Part shown: piece by piece, positions 35,775 through 45,410 of the stretch | How positions within the stretch are numbered: position 1 is the stretch's first letter | Layout of the letters: each line of letters begins with the position of its first letter | Virus record (IMG/VR): IMGVR_UViG_3300037153_000351 | Direction: 5' to 3' (one strand) | Origin: an uncultured virus (IMG/VR IMGVR_UViG_3300037153_000351) | Lineage: Duplodnaviria; Heunggongvirae; Uroviricota; Caudoviricetes | DNA: 64,000 nucleotides | Program-made: the position numbers and the translations under genes | Notes under the pieces: generated by a model | The model's input: only the letters and a program-made list of their open reading frames with translations | The model's database searches: none | What the model was told of the DNA's origin: nothing

Positions 35775-37097
35775 TCAAAGCGCGTTATATGAATTGTAAT
35801 TGCCGACCGTGTTTTGCAATGGCGACAATGGTTGGCCAACGAATGAACCGATTAGCATGGCATTCGAACCATAAAGGCCGACCACGGAATATCCGCCACC
35901 GTTTCCTTGGAATGTATTGTTCGGCAGCACTGCGCCCGAGCTTTCGAGATAGATGCCATATACCCCATTGTTAATGAACCATCCGCCTTGATAGCGCGAA
36001 TTGATATATCCTGCATAAGCGGCCGCGCCGCTATGCGCGTTTAATTCGCACGTGATCCAATTCTCGGCCATGACGACGCCGCCCTCGAACACATCCATGC
36101 CGGGTTGCGGCGCGTTCGCCGAGGTGCCGCCACAGCCCGCGCATGTGACCTTGGCAAAATAGCCGTGACCGCCGACGAGGCGGAATCCGCTGTTGCCGCA
36201 TGACTTGAAAATGCTGTGCGAGTTGTGCTCGGAAATCCATGCGCCATTCAACAAACTCACTCCGTGCGACTTGCAAAAGCAAACCGTGATTGATAGCGAC
36301 GATTGAAACCGCAGCGTTGAATTGTCGAGATTAATTCCAACATCGCCGAACCCCCAAACAGCGATGCAATCCACGCGCAAATCATCATAAGCAAAAATCC
36401 CGCATCCGCCCTTTTCCTGTGGATTGCTCGTGTCAATCGTTTGACTCCCGGTGATCAGTAAATAGCGCAACGTGATTTCGCGCGTATAAACTTGGAATCC
36501 GGTTTTGCCGCCGGTGAATGCAAGCTCAGTTGCGAACACGCTCCGCAAATAGATGATTTGATTGCTGCCGTCGTTCGCTTGTGCGGTCGCGCCCCATCCT
36601 GTGCACGAAAGATTGCCGGGGACCGGGGCCGCGCCGAGCAACGCGCCGCCTTGAATTGCAATGCGGTTGGCGTTTTGATGGTCGATATAAACCGAACTCG
36701 TATAAGTCCATTTCCCGGGAGCAACGAGAAATGTCACGTATCCGGTTGAGGTGATCGTATATTCCGAAACCCACATCATCGCGGAATTCAGATCCGGGAA
36801 ATCCGCGCCCGCGCCGTGCACGGTTTTCGTGATGTGAGTCGTGATGTATTTCTTAGCAAGCAACGCCTGCAACGCGCGCCACAATTGCGTCAGATCCGAA
36901 TGCGCCGGCACGAGCGACGGGTCGCCCGTTATTTTCTGCACCTCCGAAATCACCGTAACGATTTCGATCTGATCCTCGTCGAACGCGGTGTTCGGCGGGA
37001 TCGATCCTTCGGTGCCCGTGGTCGGGTTCCCGTTAATGTACCTCGGATAGTTTTCAAGCGGCGGCTCGGGAGTTCCGAAAGGTTGAGAATAACGAAT
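35775..37097 (-). CDS. tail fibre/spike with beta-helix-like body; probable ATT start
   Basis: Frame stays open 48 codons upstream of the track start to ATT, 5 nt after AGGAGG; YSQPFG..YINGNPTTGTEGSIPP..DLTQLWRAL; follows the gp48-like gene. Confidence 0.75.
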   Translation of the reverse strand: MRYSQPFGTPEPPLENYPRYINGNPTTGTEGSIPPNTAFDEDQIEIVTVISEVQKITGDPSLVPAHSDLTQLWRALQALLAKKYITTHITKTVHGAGADFPDLNSAMMWVSEYTITSTGYVTFLVAPGKWTYTSSVYIDHQNANRIAIQGGALLGAAPVPGNLSCTGWGATAQANDGSNQIIYLRSVFATELAFTGGKTGFQVYTREITLRYLLITGSQTIDTSNPQEKGGCGIFAYDDLRVDCIAVWGFGDVGINLDNSTLRFQSSLSITVCFCKSHGVSLLNGAWISEHNSHSIFKSCGNSGFRLVGGHGYFAKVTCAGCGGTSANAPQPGMDVFEGGVVMAENWITCELNAHSGAAAYAGYINSRYQGGWFINNGVYGIYLESSGAVLPNNTFQGNGGGYSVVGLYGSNAMLIGSFVGQPLSPLQNTVGNYNSYNAL

Positions 37098-37171
37098 CGT
37101 CGCCTCCTATTTGACTTTCGCGCGGCGAGTTTCCCATCCGCGTCGCGTTGCGTAAACGTATGCCCGCATCG

Positions 37172-37897
37172 TCACGGGGTTCCGGCCATGTCGTCGGGCG
37201 GCGTGACGCCCGAATAATCGAACAACACCTCGGTATGCGCGGGCCGCCACCGACGGATCACGCACTCGAGATCTATTGCGAGCGCGATGCGCAAATGCGG
37301 GTCAATGCCCGCCTGTCCCGCGCCGGCGCGAAACCACGTGAGCCGCACGCTATGCACGTGCATCGTCCACACGAACCGCATGGTCGGCGGCCCGATCTGG
37401 CATGGCCATTCGCCGAGCGAGCCGTCGGCGCGATATTCACGATTATCGCCGCAGCGGTCGACGCCAACCATGAACGGGCGATATTCCGAAATCGAAACCT
37501 CGTAACCGAGAAACTTGGCGTATTGAATGAAATGCGCGCGCGATTGCCCGCCGAGCATTGTCATCCGCAGCACGAGGTGCTTTTGCCGCTCGCCGATCGT
37601 TTGCGGGCCTTCGTAGCAGGGATCCGGCAAACCCCATGCCCTCTCCCATTGGTCTAACATTTCGACTGTGATGCGCGGATCCGATTCCCGCTCCAGCATG
37701 TCGCCGGCGCGGCCATCCATGAAACCGAGGATCCCCGCGAGCCCGCGCATAACTTTCATTTGCACGGTGCTTGGCCAACGCGGCCACGCTATGCCCCACG
37801 GCAATAGCGCCGAAATTGCATGCCAATATTCATCCTGTCCGCGGCGGATATGGAGGTCGCGCGGGAATTCCTCGCTCGTGTCGGGCCCGGTCGGCAT
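37172..37897 (-). CDS. baseplate protein, Mu gp48/YmfQ (DUF2313)-like
   Basis: ALLPWGIAW..EMLDQWERAWGLPD..GGQSRAHFI..LECVIRRWRPAHT. Confidence 0.88.
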   Translation of the reverse strand: MPTGPDTSEEFPRDLHIRRGQDEYWHAISALLPWGIAWPRWPSTVQMKVMRGLAGILGFMDGRAGDMLERESDPRITVEMLDQWERAWGLPDPCYEGPQTIGERQKHLVLRMTMLGGQSRAHFIQYAKFLGYEVSISEYRPFMVGVDRCGDNREYRADGSLGEWPCQIGPPTMRFVWTMHVHSVRLTWFRAGAGQAGIDPHLRIALAIDLECVIRRWRPAHTEVLFDYSGVTPPDDMAGTP

Positions 37898-38994
37898 TAT
37901 GGTTCCGGGTAAGTGATCGTTCCGAGCACGCCGAGCGCGCCGTTGTGCGGCATGGGATGGTCATCCATTTCCAAAATGAAATCATCGGTCACCCGGTTGA
38001 CCGCCTCGGAGATCCATGCCGCCTTGATGGTCGTGCCCTCGACGAGCTCGCCGTTGACATGATGCGCGGGATTGGCGCGCTCGCGGATCATGTCGGCGCA
38101 GGACAACGCGACCTGATTGCGCAAGGTCAACGAATCCTTGCCGAGGATTAAGCCGAAATCGATCGGTTCCGGAATCGGGGCCTCGACGAAAAAATCGCGA
38201 ACGGCGACCGGGCGCACGGTGTCGAGATATTGCCGCACAATCTCGACGTCCTCGGGCAGGGGAAACCCGGCATTGTCTGCCCTTAATGCGTCAGTCATAA
38301 ACCTAACTGTAACTGTACCCATTCCCATTTCTCTAGGGGCGCACCAACTCCTAGTTACCGACGGTATAGCTAATGCCCAATGCTCGTAATCATAGGCGCA
38401 TCCGCCCATCGGCGGTTGCCGGATGCGCGCGAGCACGCGGGCGCGCAATTGCTCATCGGTTTCCATCTCCGTGCCGCCGCGCAGATCCACGACCGTCACG
38501 GTGTCAACGCCGGCTTGCGGAACCGCCTGCGCGAACAGCGTTCCGGCCGGTTGATTGCCGGCGGCCCCGGGGTTGAGCGCGCGCACCGCGACCTCAACCG
38601 GGGCGGTGCCAAGCACGGCGAATTCCAATGCCTCATAGGATTGTCCGTCGGGGCTCACGATCTCGTCGCCCTCGGCAATCACGATCCCCGGAACGCCGGC
38701 ATAGGCCACTGTGCCCGACGCGAGCGTGGGGTTTTTGCGGCCCAAGCTTCCGTCGCTGTTGACTAGCCATATCTCGCCGTGCCGCGAAAGCCATTCATGC
38801 TCGGCGGTATCCGGCATTAACTGCAATGAAAGCCAATCGAGATATTTGAGGCACAGTCGACCGATGCCCGCTTGCGTGTCCGATACGGCGCGAAGCACGG
38901 TGTTGCCGACGACGGCCGCGCCCTGCAACGACGCCGTGACATCGTTGCGGACGAGCTCGCGAACTTGACGGAGGCTAGGGGTTTGCCAAGGCAT
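37897..38994 (-). CDS. baseplate J / Mu gp47-like wedge protein
   Basis: QLMPDTAE..GAAGN..GG.EMETDEQLRARVL..PPMGG..DYEHWA. Confidence 0.9.
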   Translation of the reverse strand: MPWQTPSLRQVRELVRNDVTASLQGAAVVGNTVLRAVSDTQAGIGRLCLKYLDWLSLQLMPDTAEHEWLSRHGEIWLVNSDGSLGRKNPTLASGTVAYAGVPGIVIAEGDEIVSPDGQSYEALEFAVLGTAPVEVAVRALNPGAAGNQPAGTLFAQAVPQAGVDTVTVVDLRGGTEMETDEQLRARVLARIRQPPMGGCAYDYEHWALAIPSVTRSWCAPREMGMGTVTVRFMTDALRADNAGFPLPEDVEIVRQYLDTVRPVAVRDFFVEAPIPEPIDFGLILGKDSLTLRNQVALSCADMIRERANPAHHVNGELVEGTTIKAAWISEAVNRVTDDFILEMDDHPMPHNGALGVLGTITYPEP

Positions 38995-38998
38995 TGCG

Positions 38999-39520
38999 TC
39001 AATATCCGTATGGGTTCGACGGGGTTTCCTCGCGCAACGCTTCCCACATATCTTGGAAGATCAATTCGATATCGCCGACCGAGGCACGCGACACGACCAC
39101 ACGCACGTCGATTCGGTCAATGTCGACGCGGGCGGCGCGCACGTCAATACGCGAACAGATCTTGCGCTCGACCAGCGGGAACAGCGCCTCGCGCGTGTAT
39201 GTCTCGGCGCGCACGACCGTGTCGCCCTCGAACGAATATTTGTCCGAGATCTTGGCGCGCGTGAGCAACCAATTTTTCGTCCCGATTTCCCATCCGCCCC
39301 ATATCGCTTGCGCCTCGTAATCCGCCCACCATCCGCGGCGGTTGTCAGAATCCGGGTCAGGCAAGATCTCGTCCGGGGCCGATAGCCGGTCGGTCATCAG
39401 CGCGACCTTGCAAATATTGGCGAGCTCGTCGCGTTCGTCGAGGTTACCGTCTTTCAACAACAACCAATCGGCGACCGTCTCGCGCAGGTCGACTTTCGAT
39501 ATGATGCGAATGTCGGGCAT
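38999..39520 (-). CDS. Mu gp46-like baseplate protein
   Basis: ALMTDR..RRGWWAD..IGTKNWLLTRAK..AETYTREAL. Confidence 0.88.
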   Translation of the reverse strand: MPDIRIISKVDLRETVADWLLLKDGNLDERDELANICKVALMTDRLSAPDEILPDPDSDNRRGWWADYEAQAIWGGWEIGTKNWLLTRAKISDKYSFEGDTVVRAETYTREALFPLVERKICSRIDVRAARVDIDRIDVRVVVSRASVGDIELIFQDMWEALREETPSNPYGY

Positions 39521-39529
39521 TTATGTTGC

Positions 39530-40834
39530 TCACGTTGCCGGCGGACGCGGGCGCAGGAAGCGTTGTTCGAGTGGGATCCCGGCATTCGAGAGCACGCGCA
39601 ATCGGCGCGGCATGAATGCGGGGTGCACGACGCCGTTCTCGACCTCGATCTCGTCCGAGCGCCGCACGTCCTGATAAATGCGATGCGCGAGATAGAGCGA
39701 GGGCATCGGCCACGCCGTCTCGTAGGTGACGAGGCGCGGCAATTGCAACTCCGTCACCGATAGGTGATTGATCAGCGCGCCCGACATGGCGGTCATCGCC
39801 TGATAAACGACGACGTCAATCTCATCTATGCCGATGGCCTTGGCGTCGTCAAACGCTTTCGCCATGTAGATGATCAGGTTGCGGCATTGCTGTTGCGTCT
39901 TGAACTTCAATCGCGTGATGCATTTGGATTCGAGCGCGAGCGTCATGGTCAAGGCGGAGCGGAACACGATTTGCGTAAAGGTCGACTTGCTGGCGACTTG
40001 CGTCATGAGATAGAGGCGCGCCTTGTCGACGCCCGGGAAGGTCGCGCCGGCGGCATCGGCCGCCAACATGATCTCGGACAATTGCGTGCCGAGGGTGTCG
40101 CCACGAATGGCGGCGTCGGCGTTGGCCTTGAGCACGGAAATCAACCGCCGCACGGTGTTGCGCTCGGCCGTTGCCGGCAAGGGCGGGATCGAGCTCAAGA
40201 GTGTATCGAGGAACGTGCGCAGCATGGCCGCCGCCTCGCCCGTCGCCTTGGCATAAGTGAGCGGCCACTCGATCCCGACGAATTGCCACGTCAAGCGCGG
40301 ATAGCCGAACGAGGGCGAGCCGAGGGAATAGGCGTTAACGAGGATGACCGAGTTGACGAGGATCGGGCCGACCGTTCCCCACGAGAGAGCCCCGACGCTA
40401 TAGGCCGGCGCAACGAGTTGCCGATTGGCCAAGACTCGCGCCTGTCCCCACGCGAGGCCGCCGAGCGTATAGGCGTTGGTGAACAGTGTATGCGATTGCG
40501 TGAGAACCGGCGGCGTAGCAAAAGCGAGTGCGCCAAGCGAATAGGCCGGAACCGTGAGCCGTTGCGTCGCCCGTAGTGTCGGCGTGGCAAAGCTCGGCGA
40601 ACCGAGCGTCAGCGGAACCGGATTGAGCGCGAGGAACGCGGTGCCGAGGATCGGCGTCGCGAACGCCGGCGAGGCAAGCGAATAAGCGGCAACGCTTAAC
40701 TGATAATTGACCTTGAGTGTCGGCGTCGCGAACGCCGGCGCGCCGAGAGAATAGTCGAACGCAACGACATTGTTGCCCGCCTGAAAAGCGTTGGCCTGAA
40801 AACCCGGTGATTGGAATGCAGGAAAGCCGGACAT
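39530..40834 (-). CDS. beta-repeat protein fused to a Mu DNA-circulation C-terminal-like domain
   Basis: Repeated AYSLG.P.FATP units, then PSLYLAHRIYQDVRRSDEIEVENGVVHPAFMP. Confidence 0.7.
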   Translation of the reverse strand: MSGFPAFQSPGFQANAFQAGNNVVAFDYSLGAPAFATPTLKVNYQLSVAAYSLASPAFATPILGTAFLALNPVPLTLGSPSFATPTLRATQRLTVPAYSLGALAFATPPVLTQSHTLFTNAYTLGGLAWGQARVLANRQLVAPAYSVGALSWGTVGPILVNSVILVNAYSLGSPSFGYPRLTWQFVGIEWPLTYAKATGEAAAMLRTFLDTLLSSIPPLPATAERNTVRRLISVLKANADAAIRGDTLGTQLSEIMLAADAAGATFPGVDKARLYLMTQVASKSTFTQIVFRSALTMTLALESKCITRLKFKTQQQCRNLIIYMAKAFDDAKAIGIDEIDVVVYQAMTAMSGALINHLSVTELQLPRLVTYETAWPMPSLYLAHRIYQDVRRSDEIEVENGVVHPAFMPRRLRVLSNAGIPLEQRFLRPRPPAT

Positions 40835-41724
40835 TAACGCGCGCGCCTCGCGCGAATGCCGCCACAACACGCGCAATTGCCGTTAAACGAAACCCATTCC
40901 ACGCAATACCATGTTTGCGTCGAGGCGAGGCTCAAGCGCACGGGCCCCGCGCGCAACGTCAATTGCTGAGTCGCGATTGCGGTCAATTGCTGCCGCCCAA
41001 CAAACATCGTATTTGCGGTCATGCTGCCGCCGTTCGCAGCCACATCGGAAATGTACGTAAAGCAAATCGGGTTGAGCGTATTGCCGCTAAAATTGAAATT
41101 GACGACCGCACTCACATCCCAATCGCCGGCCGGAATGGCAAGCGAACGAATGGTCGCATATGCATTTGCGCTCACGAAAAATTCGCCAGCCGATGTTAAA
41201 TTCGCTTCGAGATATTCGCCGACATCACCCGCTGCCGCATTGTCGTTGGTCAGCGTGCCGGCGATTGTAGTTGTGCCATTGAAATCGTTTGTTCCGGAAA
41301 AGACATTCTTGCCGCCGCGCGTAACTGCAATGACAGCCTGATAGGCGGCGGTGCCGTTGCTAAATAGCTCGATATAGTCGCCGCCAACGAGAACAATCGT
41401 TGCGCTTCCGTTGAAGGTCGCGCCGCCTGTGCCGGTGATCGTGACGGTGCCGACTCCAGTATTTCGGATCCGCGTCATCCATCCGGCCGGCATGTTGCCG
41501 CCTGTGGGGGCCGCCATGGAAACTGCGACCGCGCCGGCATTGCTATAACTAATGAGCGAAAAATGGTCGTCGTTTGTAATCGTGTCCGTCGTTCCGGTGA
41601 CGGTCCGATAGCCGTACCAGAGATTATGGTCATCATTCCAATTCGTGAGCGGGCGCACGAGCGTCGCATCCGCACCGTCGGCAATGGCGGATTGGAATTT
41701 ATGCTTGAGGATTTTTGCCGTCAT
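40834..41724 (-). CDS. putative tail fibre/receptor-binding protein, paralog 2
   Basis: MTAKILKHKF..NWNDDH; NDNAAAGDVGEY; GDWDVSA; IRARRAR. Confidence 0.7.
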   Translation of the reverse strand: MTAKILKHKFQSAIADGADATLVRPLTNWNDDHNLWYGYRTVTGTTDTITNDDHFSLISYSNAGAVAVSMAAPTGGNMPAGWMTRIRNTGVGTVTITGTGGATFNGSATIVLVGGDYIELFSNGTAAYQAVIAVTRGGKNVFSGTNDFNGTTTIAGTLTNDNAAAGDVGEYLEANLTSAGEFFVSANAYATIRSLAIPAGDWDVSAVVNFNFSGNTLNPICFTYISDVAANGGSMTANTMFVGRQQLTAIATQQLTLRAGPVRLSLASTQTWYCVEWVSFNGNCACCGGIRARRAR

Positions 41725-41726
41725 CG

Positions 41727-42638
41727 CTAACGCCTCCGCCGTGCGGAAATGCTGCCCCACACATTCACGCCGATACCGAGTCCAAAATTGGCGAATACAG
41801 GCAACCAGAAATCTTTAGCCGTTGATAAGCTCACGCGCGCAGGCCCCACATCACATGAATGGGTGATACCGTTTGTCCAAGTAAAGGTCGTTTTTCTAGT
41901 CTGAAAGAAGTAATTTCCAAAATACGATCCACTATTTGCACTTGCATCGCTAATGATGGCGAACATTGTTAGGTATTCGCCCGACGTTACACTGGCCTCA
42001 AACCCTGCGACCGCGGATACATCCCAATCGCCCGGGGACAAGGTTATCGGCGTCGTGACATTCGAATATGCGGCATTCACCAAGCTAAACCGATTCGCGA
42101 ATAGCCGAACCGCTTCGACATATTGCCCGACATCGCCCGCGGCCGCCGCATCGTTCGTTGCGGTGCCTGCAAATGTGGTCGGGCCATTGAAATCGTTGGT
42201 GCCGGTGAATTGGTTATAACCGAGGCCGCGCGTTGCTGTAATGATTGCTGAATAATTGGCGGTCCCATTGCTAAAGAGATCCACAATGTCGTCGGTTAAG
42301 ACGGCGATGGTACCGACCCCGTTGATGGTCGCGCCGCCGCTTCCCTGCAAATAGACAATGCCCGCGCCGCCCGCAGCGTTGCGTAATCGCGTCGTCCATC
42401 CGGCGGGCATGTTGCTTCCGGACGGCGGCGAGATCGAGACGTTTGTCGTTCCCGCCGCGGTATAGGAAATCAGCGACAGATTGTCATCGTTGGTGATCGT
42501 GTCGCTTGTGCCCGCAACCGTGCGGATGCCATACCACAGATCATGCTCGTCATTCCAATTCGACGGCCTGACTTGTGTCGCGTCGGGGCCGTCGGCGACG
42601 GCCGACACGAACTTATGTTTGAGGATTTTTGCCGTCAC
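41727..42638 (-). CDS. putative tail fibre/receptor-binding protein, paralog 1
   Basis: MTAKILKHKF..NWNDEH; NDAAAAGDVGQY; GDWDVSA; ISARRRR. Confidence 0.7.
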   Translation of the reverse strand: MTAKILKHKFVSAVADGPDATQVRPSNWNDEHDLWYGIRTVAGTSDTITNDDNLSLISYTAAGTTNVSISPPSGSNMPAGWTTRLRNAAGGAGIVYLQGSGGATINGVGTIAVLTDDIVDLFSNGTANYSAIITATRGLGYNQFTGTNDFNGPTTFAGTATNDAAAAGDVGQYVEAVRLFANRFSLVNAAYSNVTTPITLSPGDWDVSAVAGFEASVTSGEYLTMFAIISDASANSGSYFGNYFFQTRKTTFTWTNGITHSCDVGPARVSLSTAKDFWLPVFANFGLGIGVNVWGSISARRRR

Positions 42639-43018
42639 GAGCCGGGAATGCCGAAATCGAAGGCCGGGATCGAGAACACGTTGCCCGACGTGACCGCTTG
42701 CGTGGCGGCAAGGTCGTTGTCGAGCAACAGTCGCGAGTTGACGCTATCGACGATGGCCCATCGTGCGGCGGTGCCTGTGCCTGTCACCGCGCCGTCGGTG
42801 ACGGCAACCGTGGTCACCTTGCGGCCGTTCGGCGTGCGGTCGGTCGGCCCGGTGAAACAATTGCCCGCGCCGAAATTCTTGTTGCCGAGCGCCTTCGTCG
42901 TGGTCGCCTCGGCATAGTCGACCGGCTCGCCGTTGCAAATATAGATATGCGTGGCCATCGCTTTGAGCCCCGCCACGAGCCCGTTGTCGAGCACGGTCGA
43001 GTGACACTTTCCAGCCAT
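42635..43018 (-). CDS. virion structural protein (tail-fibre associated)
   Basis: LDNGL..DGAVTGTGTAARWAIVD..QAVTSGNVF. Confidence 0.65.
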   Translation of the reverse strand: MAGKCHSTVLDNGLVAGLKAMATHIYICNGEPVDYAEATTTKALGNKNFGAGNCFTGPTDRTPNGRKVTTVAVTDGAVTGTGTAARWAIVDSVNSRLLLDNDLAATQAVTSGNVFSIPAFDFGIPGS

Positions 43019-43031
43019 GTCAGAATCCCTC

Positions 43032-43652
43032 CTAGAGTTGTACGCCCTTGAATCGTTCGTCGAATGTCGCGGGGTTTTGCTGTTGCTGATTCAATTGATC
43101 TTTCGCCGCCTTTGTCGCGGCGTCGGCGGCCTGTGCCACCTGCACGACCGTGTTCATTCCCGATTCAAGACGATTGCCGGGAATGCCCGCCTCGACGAAC
43201 GACATTTCGAATTGCGCATACCCGCCGCGCTCGCGGGTTTCGGACATCGTGTAGCGTTCGCACGCAAACAACAGCGGGTTGCCGCTATCGTATCCGGCGA
43301 GCGTTAGCCGGGGATTGTAGGGGTCACTCAAAACCCCCGGTTCCTGCGCGTCGAGCACGGCGCACAGCGCGTCGCGTTGCTCGTCGTAGTTTATGAAACT
43401 GCCGCCCCATCGCGTGCGACCCTCGCGCGGAAGGATCGGCGCTTGCAGAACATAGCCAACAATCTGATAGCGCAATGCGTGGCGACCCATGTCCTCGGCC
43501 CACGGCAGATCACGCTTAGGGTATTGATGTAGAACAATGCGCCGGCCGCTCGCGCGGCCTTGTTGCTCAACGTGGAAGGCGACGCCGCGGAACGACGCCT
43601 CGCGCAGGCGCAAGCGCCATTGCCGCGGCGAGGCGTCCTTGATTGTCGACAT
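43032..43652 (-). CDS. DNA circulation protein N-terminal domain (Mu gpN-like)
   Basis: LREASFRGVAFHVE..GRRIVLHQYPKRD.PWAEDMGR..FEMSFVEAG. Confidence 0.88.
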   Translation of the reverse strand: MSTIKDASPRQWRLRLREASFRGVAFHVEQQGRASGRRIVLHQYPKRDLPWAEDMGRHALRYQIVGYVLQAPILPREGRTRWGGSFINYDEQRDALCAVLDAQEPGVLSDPYNPRLTLAGYDSGNPLLFACERYTMSETRERGGYAQFEMSFVEAGIPGNRLESGMNTVVQVAQAADAATKAAKDQLNQQQQNPATFDERFKGVQL

Positions 43653-43655
43653 GCA

Positions 43656-44456
43656 TCACCATCCCGAAACTATGTCGTAAGCGGCGACCTGCGGAATGGT
43701 CGTGCACGCTTCGATCTCATTGAATTTCGTCACCCAAACATTGCTCAATGAATAGGTGCGCGCCGAAACTGCATTGACCATTTGCGCGGTCGAATTTGCC
43801 GCGAGAGTGACATGCGGCATGTATTGGCCGGCGGAAGGAACCGGGAGTTCATAAAGAAATTGCTCCGGCATCGGCGTGAAAGTAACGTTCGTCGTGTATC
43901 CAGATTCGCCGCCGCCGCTCACTGTGACTTGAATGCTATCGATTGCGGCATTGATCGCCGCGAGATACGCGCCCGCTTTGATGATTGCGTTGTTCAAATC
44001 GACATAGTAGCGAATGAGGTTTGCCAAGTTTGCGTTGAGGGTATCGATTGCCGCATTGACCGCATCGACAACGCCCGCACTCGTAAGCGAACCAATGGCG
44101 GCAACCTGAAAGGTGTCGGTTTGCGCGATCCCGTTATAGGATTGTTGCCGTTTCATATTGAACAGCGATTCGAGCAATGATTGCTTGATCCGCTTCGCCT
44201 GCGCGAGCGTGAGCGGCGGCGTTTCGTTTTCGCCCGCTAATAGAAACCTATCGAAAATCGGCAGATACGGCGTCGGGTCAATGAACTTTTCCCGCACGGG
44301 CATGGTCGCGTCTTGCTTGCGCATGATCTCGCCATGGTCGCCGTGCCAGAACAGCAAGAAAACATTCGAGGCGACCGGCGAGGTATTGAGTCCGCTAATC
44401 GAGGCGTCGTCGATTGTCACCTGACCGTCGGAGGGGCAGATCCACCATTGCGCCAT
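43656..44456 (-). CDS. hypothetical tail-associated protein
   Basis: C-terminal IEACTTIPQVAAYDIVSGW resembles tail-fibre assembly protein ends. Confidence 0.55.
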   Translation of the reverse strand: MAQWWICPSDGQVTIDDASISGLNTSPVASNVFLLFWHGDHGEIMRKQDATMPVREKFIDPTPYLPIFDRFLLAGENETPPLTLAQAKRIKQSLLESLFNMKRQQSYNGIAQTDTFQVAAIGSLTSAGVVDAVNAAIDTLNANLANLIRYYVDLNNAIIKAGAYLAAINAAIDSIQVTVSGGGESGYTTNVTFTPMPEQFLYELPVPSAGQYMPHVTLAANSTAQMVNAVSARTYSLSNVWVTKFNEIEACTTIPQVAAYDIVSGW

Positions 44457-44459
44457 GCA

Positions 44460-45410
44460 TCACACGTCGCATTCGTCGGGCTTGATAATGATCGGTTTCG
44501 ACGAGTAGCAATTCTTGGTTTTCGAATCGACCCAAATCACTTGGCCTTGCTCGCTCATGATATGAGTGTGATCCTTGTCGCACCGATACGATTTCTTTTT
44601 GTCCCCCGGCATGTGGTGCATCCAATCTTTTTTGCGGTCGTAATAGCCGATATCGCCGCCGCCTTCGTTGAAATTGATTCGCTGTTGCGTGAATTGAGCC
44701 TCCGTGTTCACGGAGTCGCCTTCGTGCTTGTAATTGCTCTTGCTCCCGTCGGGGAGCTCGCCCTTGTCCTGTCCGCCGCCGCTATCGGCCGCCTTCGGGC
44801 CCGCGCCCCCGCCTCCGCCGCTCTGTTGCTTTTGTTCTTTCTTGCGGCGTTGCTTTTTCTTGTTGGCATGACGGATGGAGATCATGCGCTGTTGTGATTG
44901 CCCATCCGCGCGCGGCACAAGCGAGCGTTCGTTTTGCTGATCATTGCATGTGACGATATAGAACCCGTCCGCATTGTCGCCGTGCACGCGATGGAACGCC
45001 ATCTGCCCGGATCCGTCGGCGGAATAGAACGCGGCCTCGCCTTGGCGCAAACCGTAAGGCCGCGCGCGCCGATCGTTGGACATGCCGACCGGGTGCGAGG
45101 CGGATCCGTTGACGTAGTTCACAATGAACTCCGCGGCTTCGCCTTGGGGCTGTTGCTTGTTCCAATCCTGCCCGCCCTGTTGCGCTTGCTGGCCCTGTTG
45201 CTTGTTGTCGTCCTCCTTCTGTTTGACCGCGGTCGCCGTCATGCCGAGCGGCGTCCACATTTCAAACGACGTGTGCGTGCGTGAGAATCCGGTGTCGCCG
45301 GTCTTGCACTCTTGGCACAGGTGGTCGTCGTCGATTTCGCGAATGGTGCCGCGGCCAACGGTCGAGGTCGTGACGCGGTGCGCGGCGTCGTTGGCATTGG
45401 TGCGTGACAT
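44460..45410 (-). CDS. baseplate assembly/spike protein, Mu gp45-like
   Basis: IREIDD..PLGMTA..GEAAE..GSASHPV..DRRARPYGLRQGEAAFY. Confidence 0.75.
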   Translation of the reverse strand: MSRTNANDAAHRVTTSTVGRGTIREIDDDHLCQECKTGDTGFSRTHTSFEMWTPLGMTATAVKQKEDDNKQQGQQAQQGGQDWNKQQPQGEAAEFIVNYVNGSASHPVGMSNDRRARPYGLRQGEAAFYSADGSGQMAFHRVHGDNADGFYIVTCNDQQNERSLVPRADGQSQQRMISIRHANKKKQRRKKEQKQQSGGGGGAGPKAADSGGGQDKGELPDGSKSNYKHEGDSVNTEAQFTQQRINFNEGGGDIGYYDRKKDWMHHMPGDKKKSYRCDKDHTHIMSEQGQVIWVDSKTKNCYSSKPIIIKPDECDV

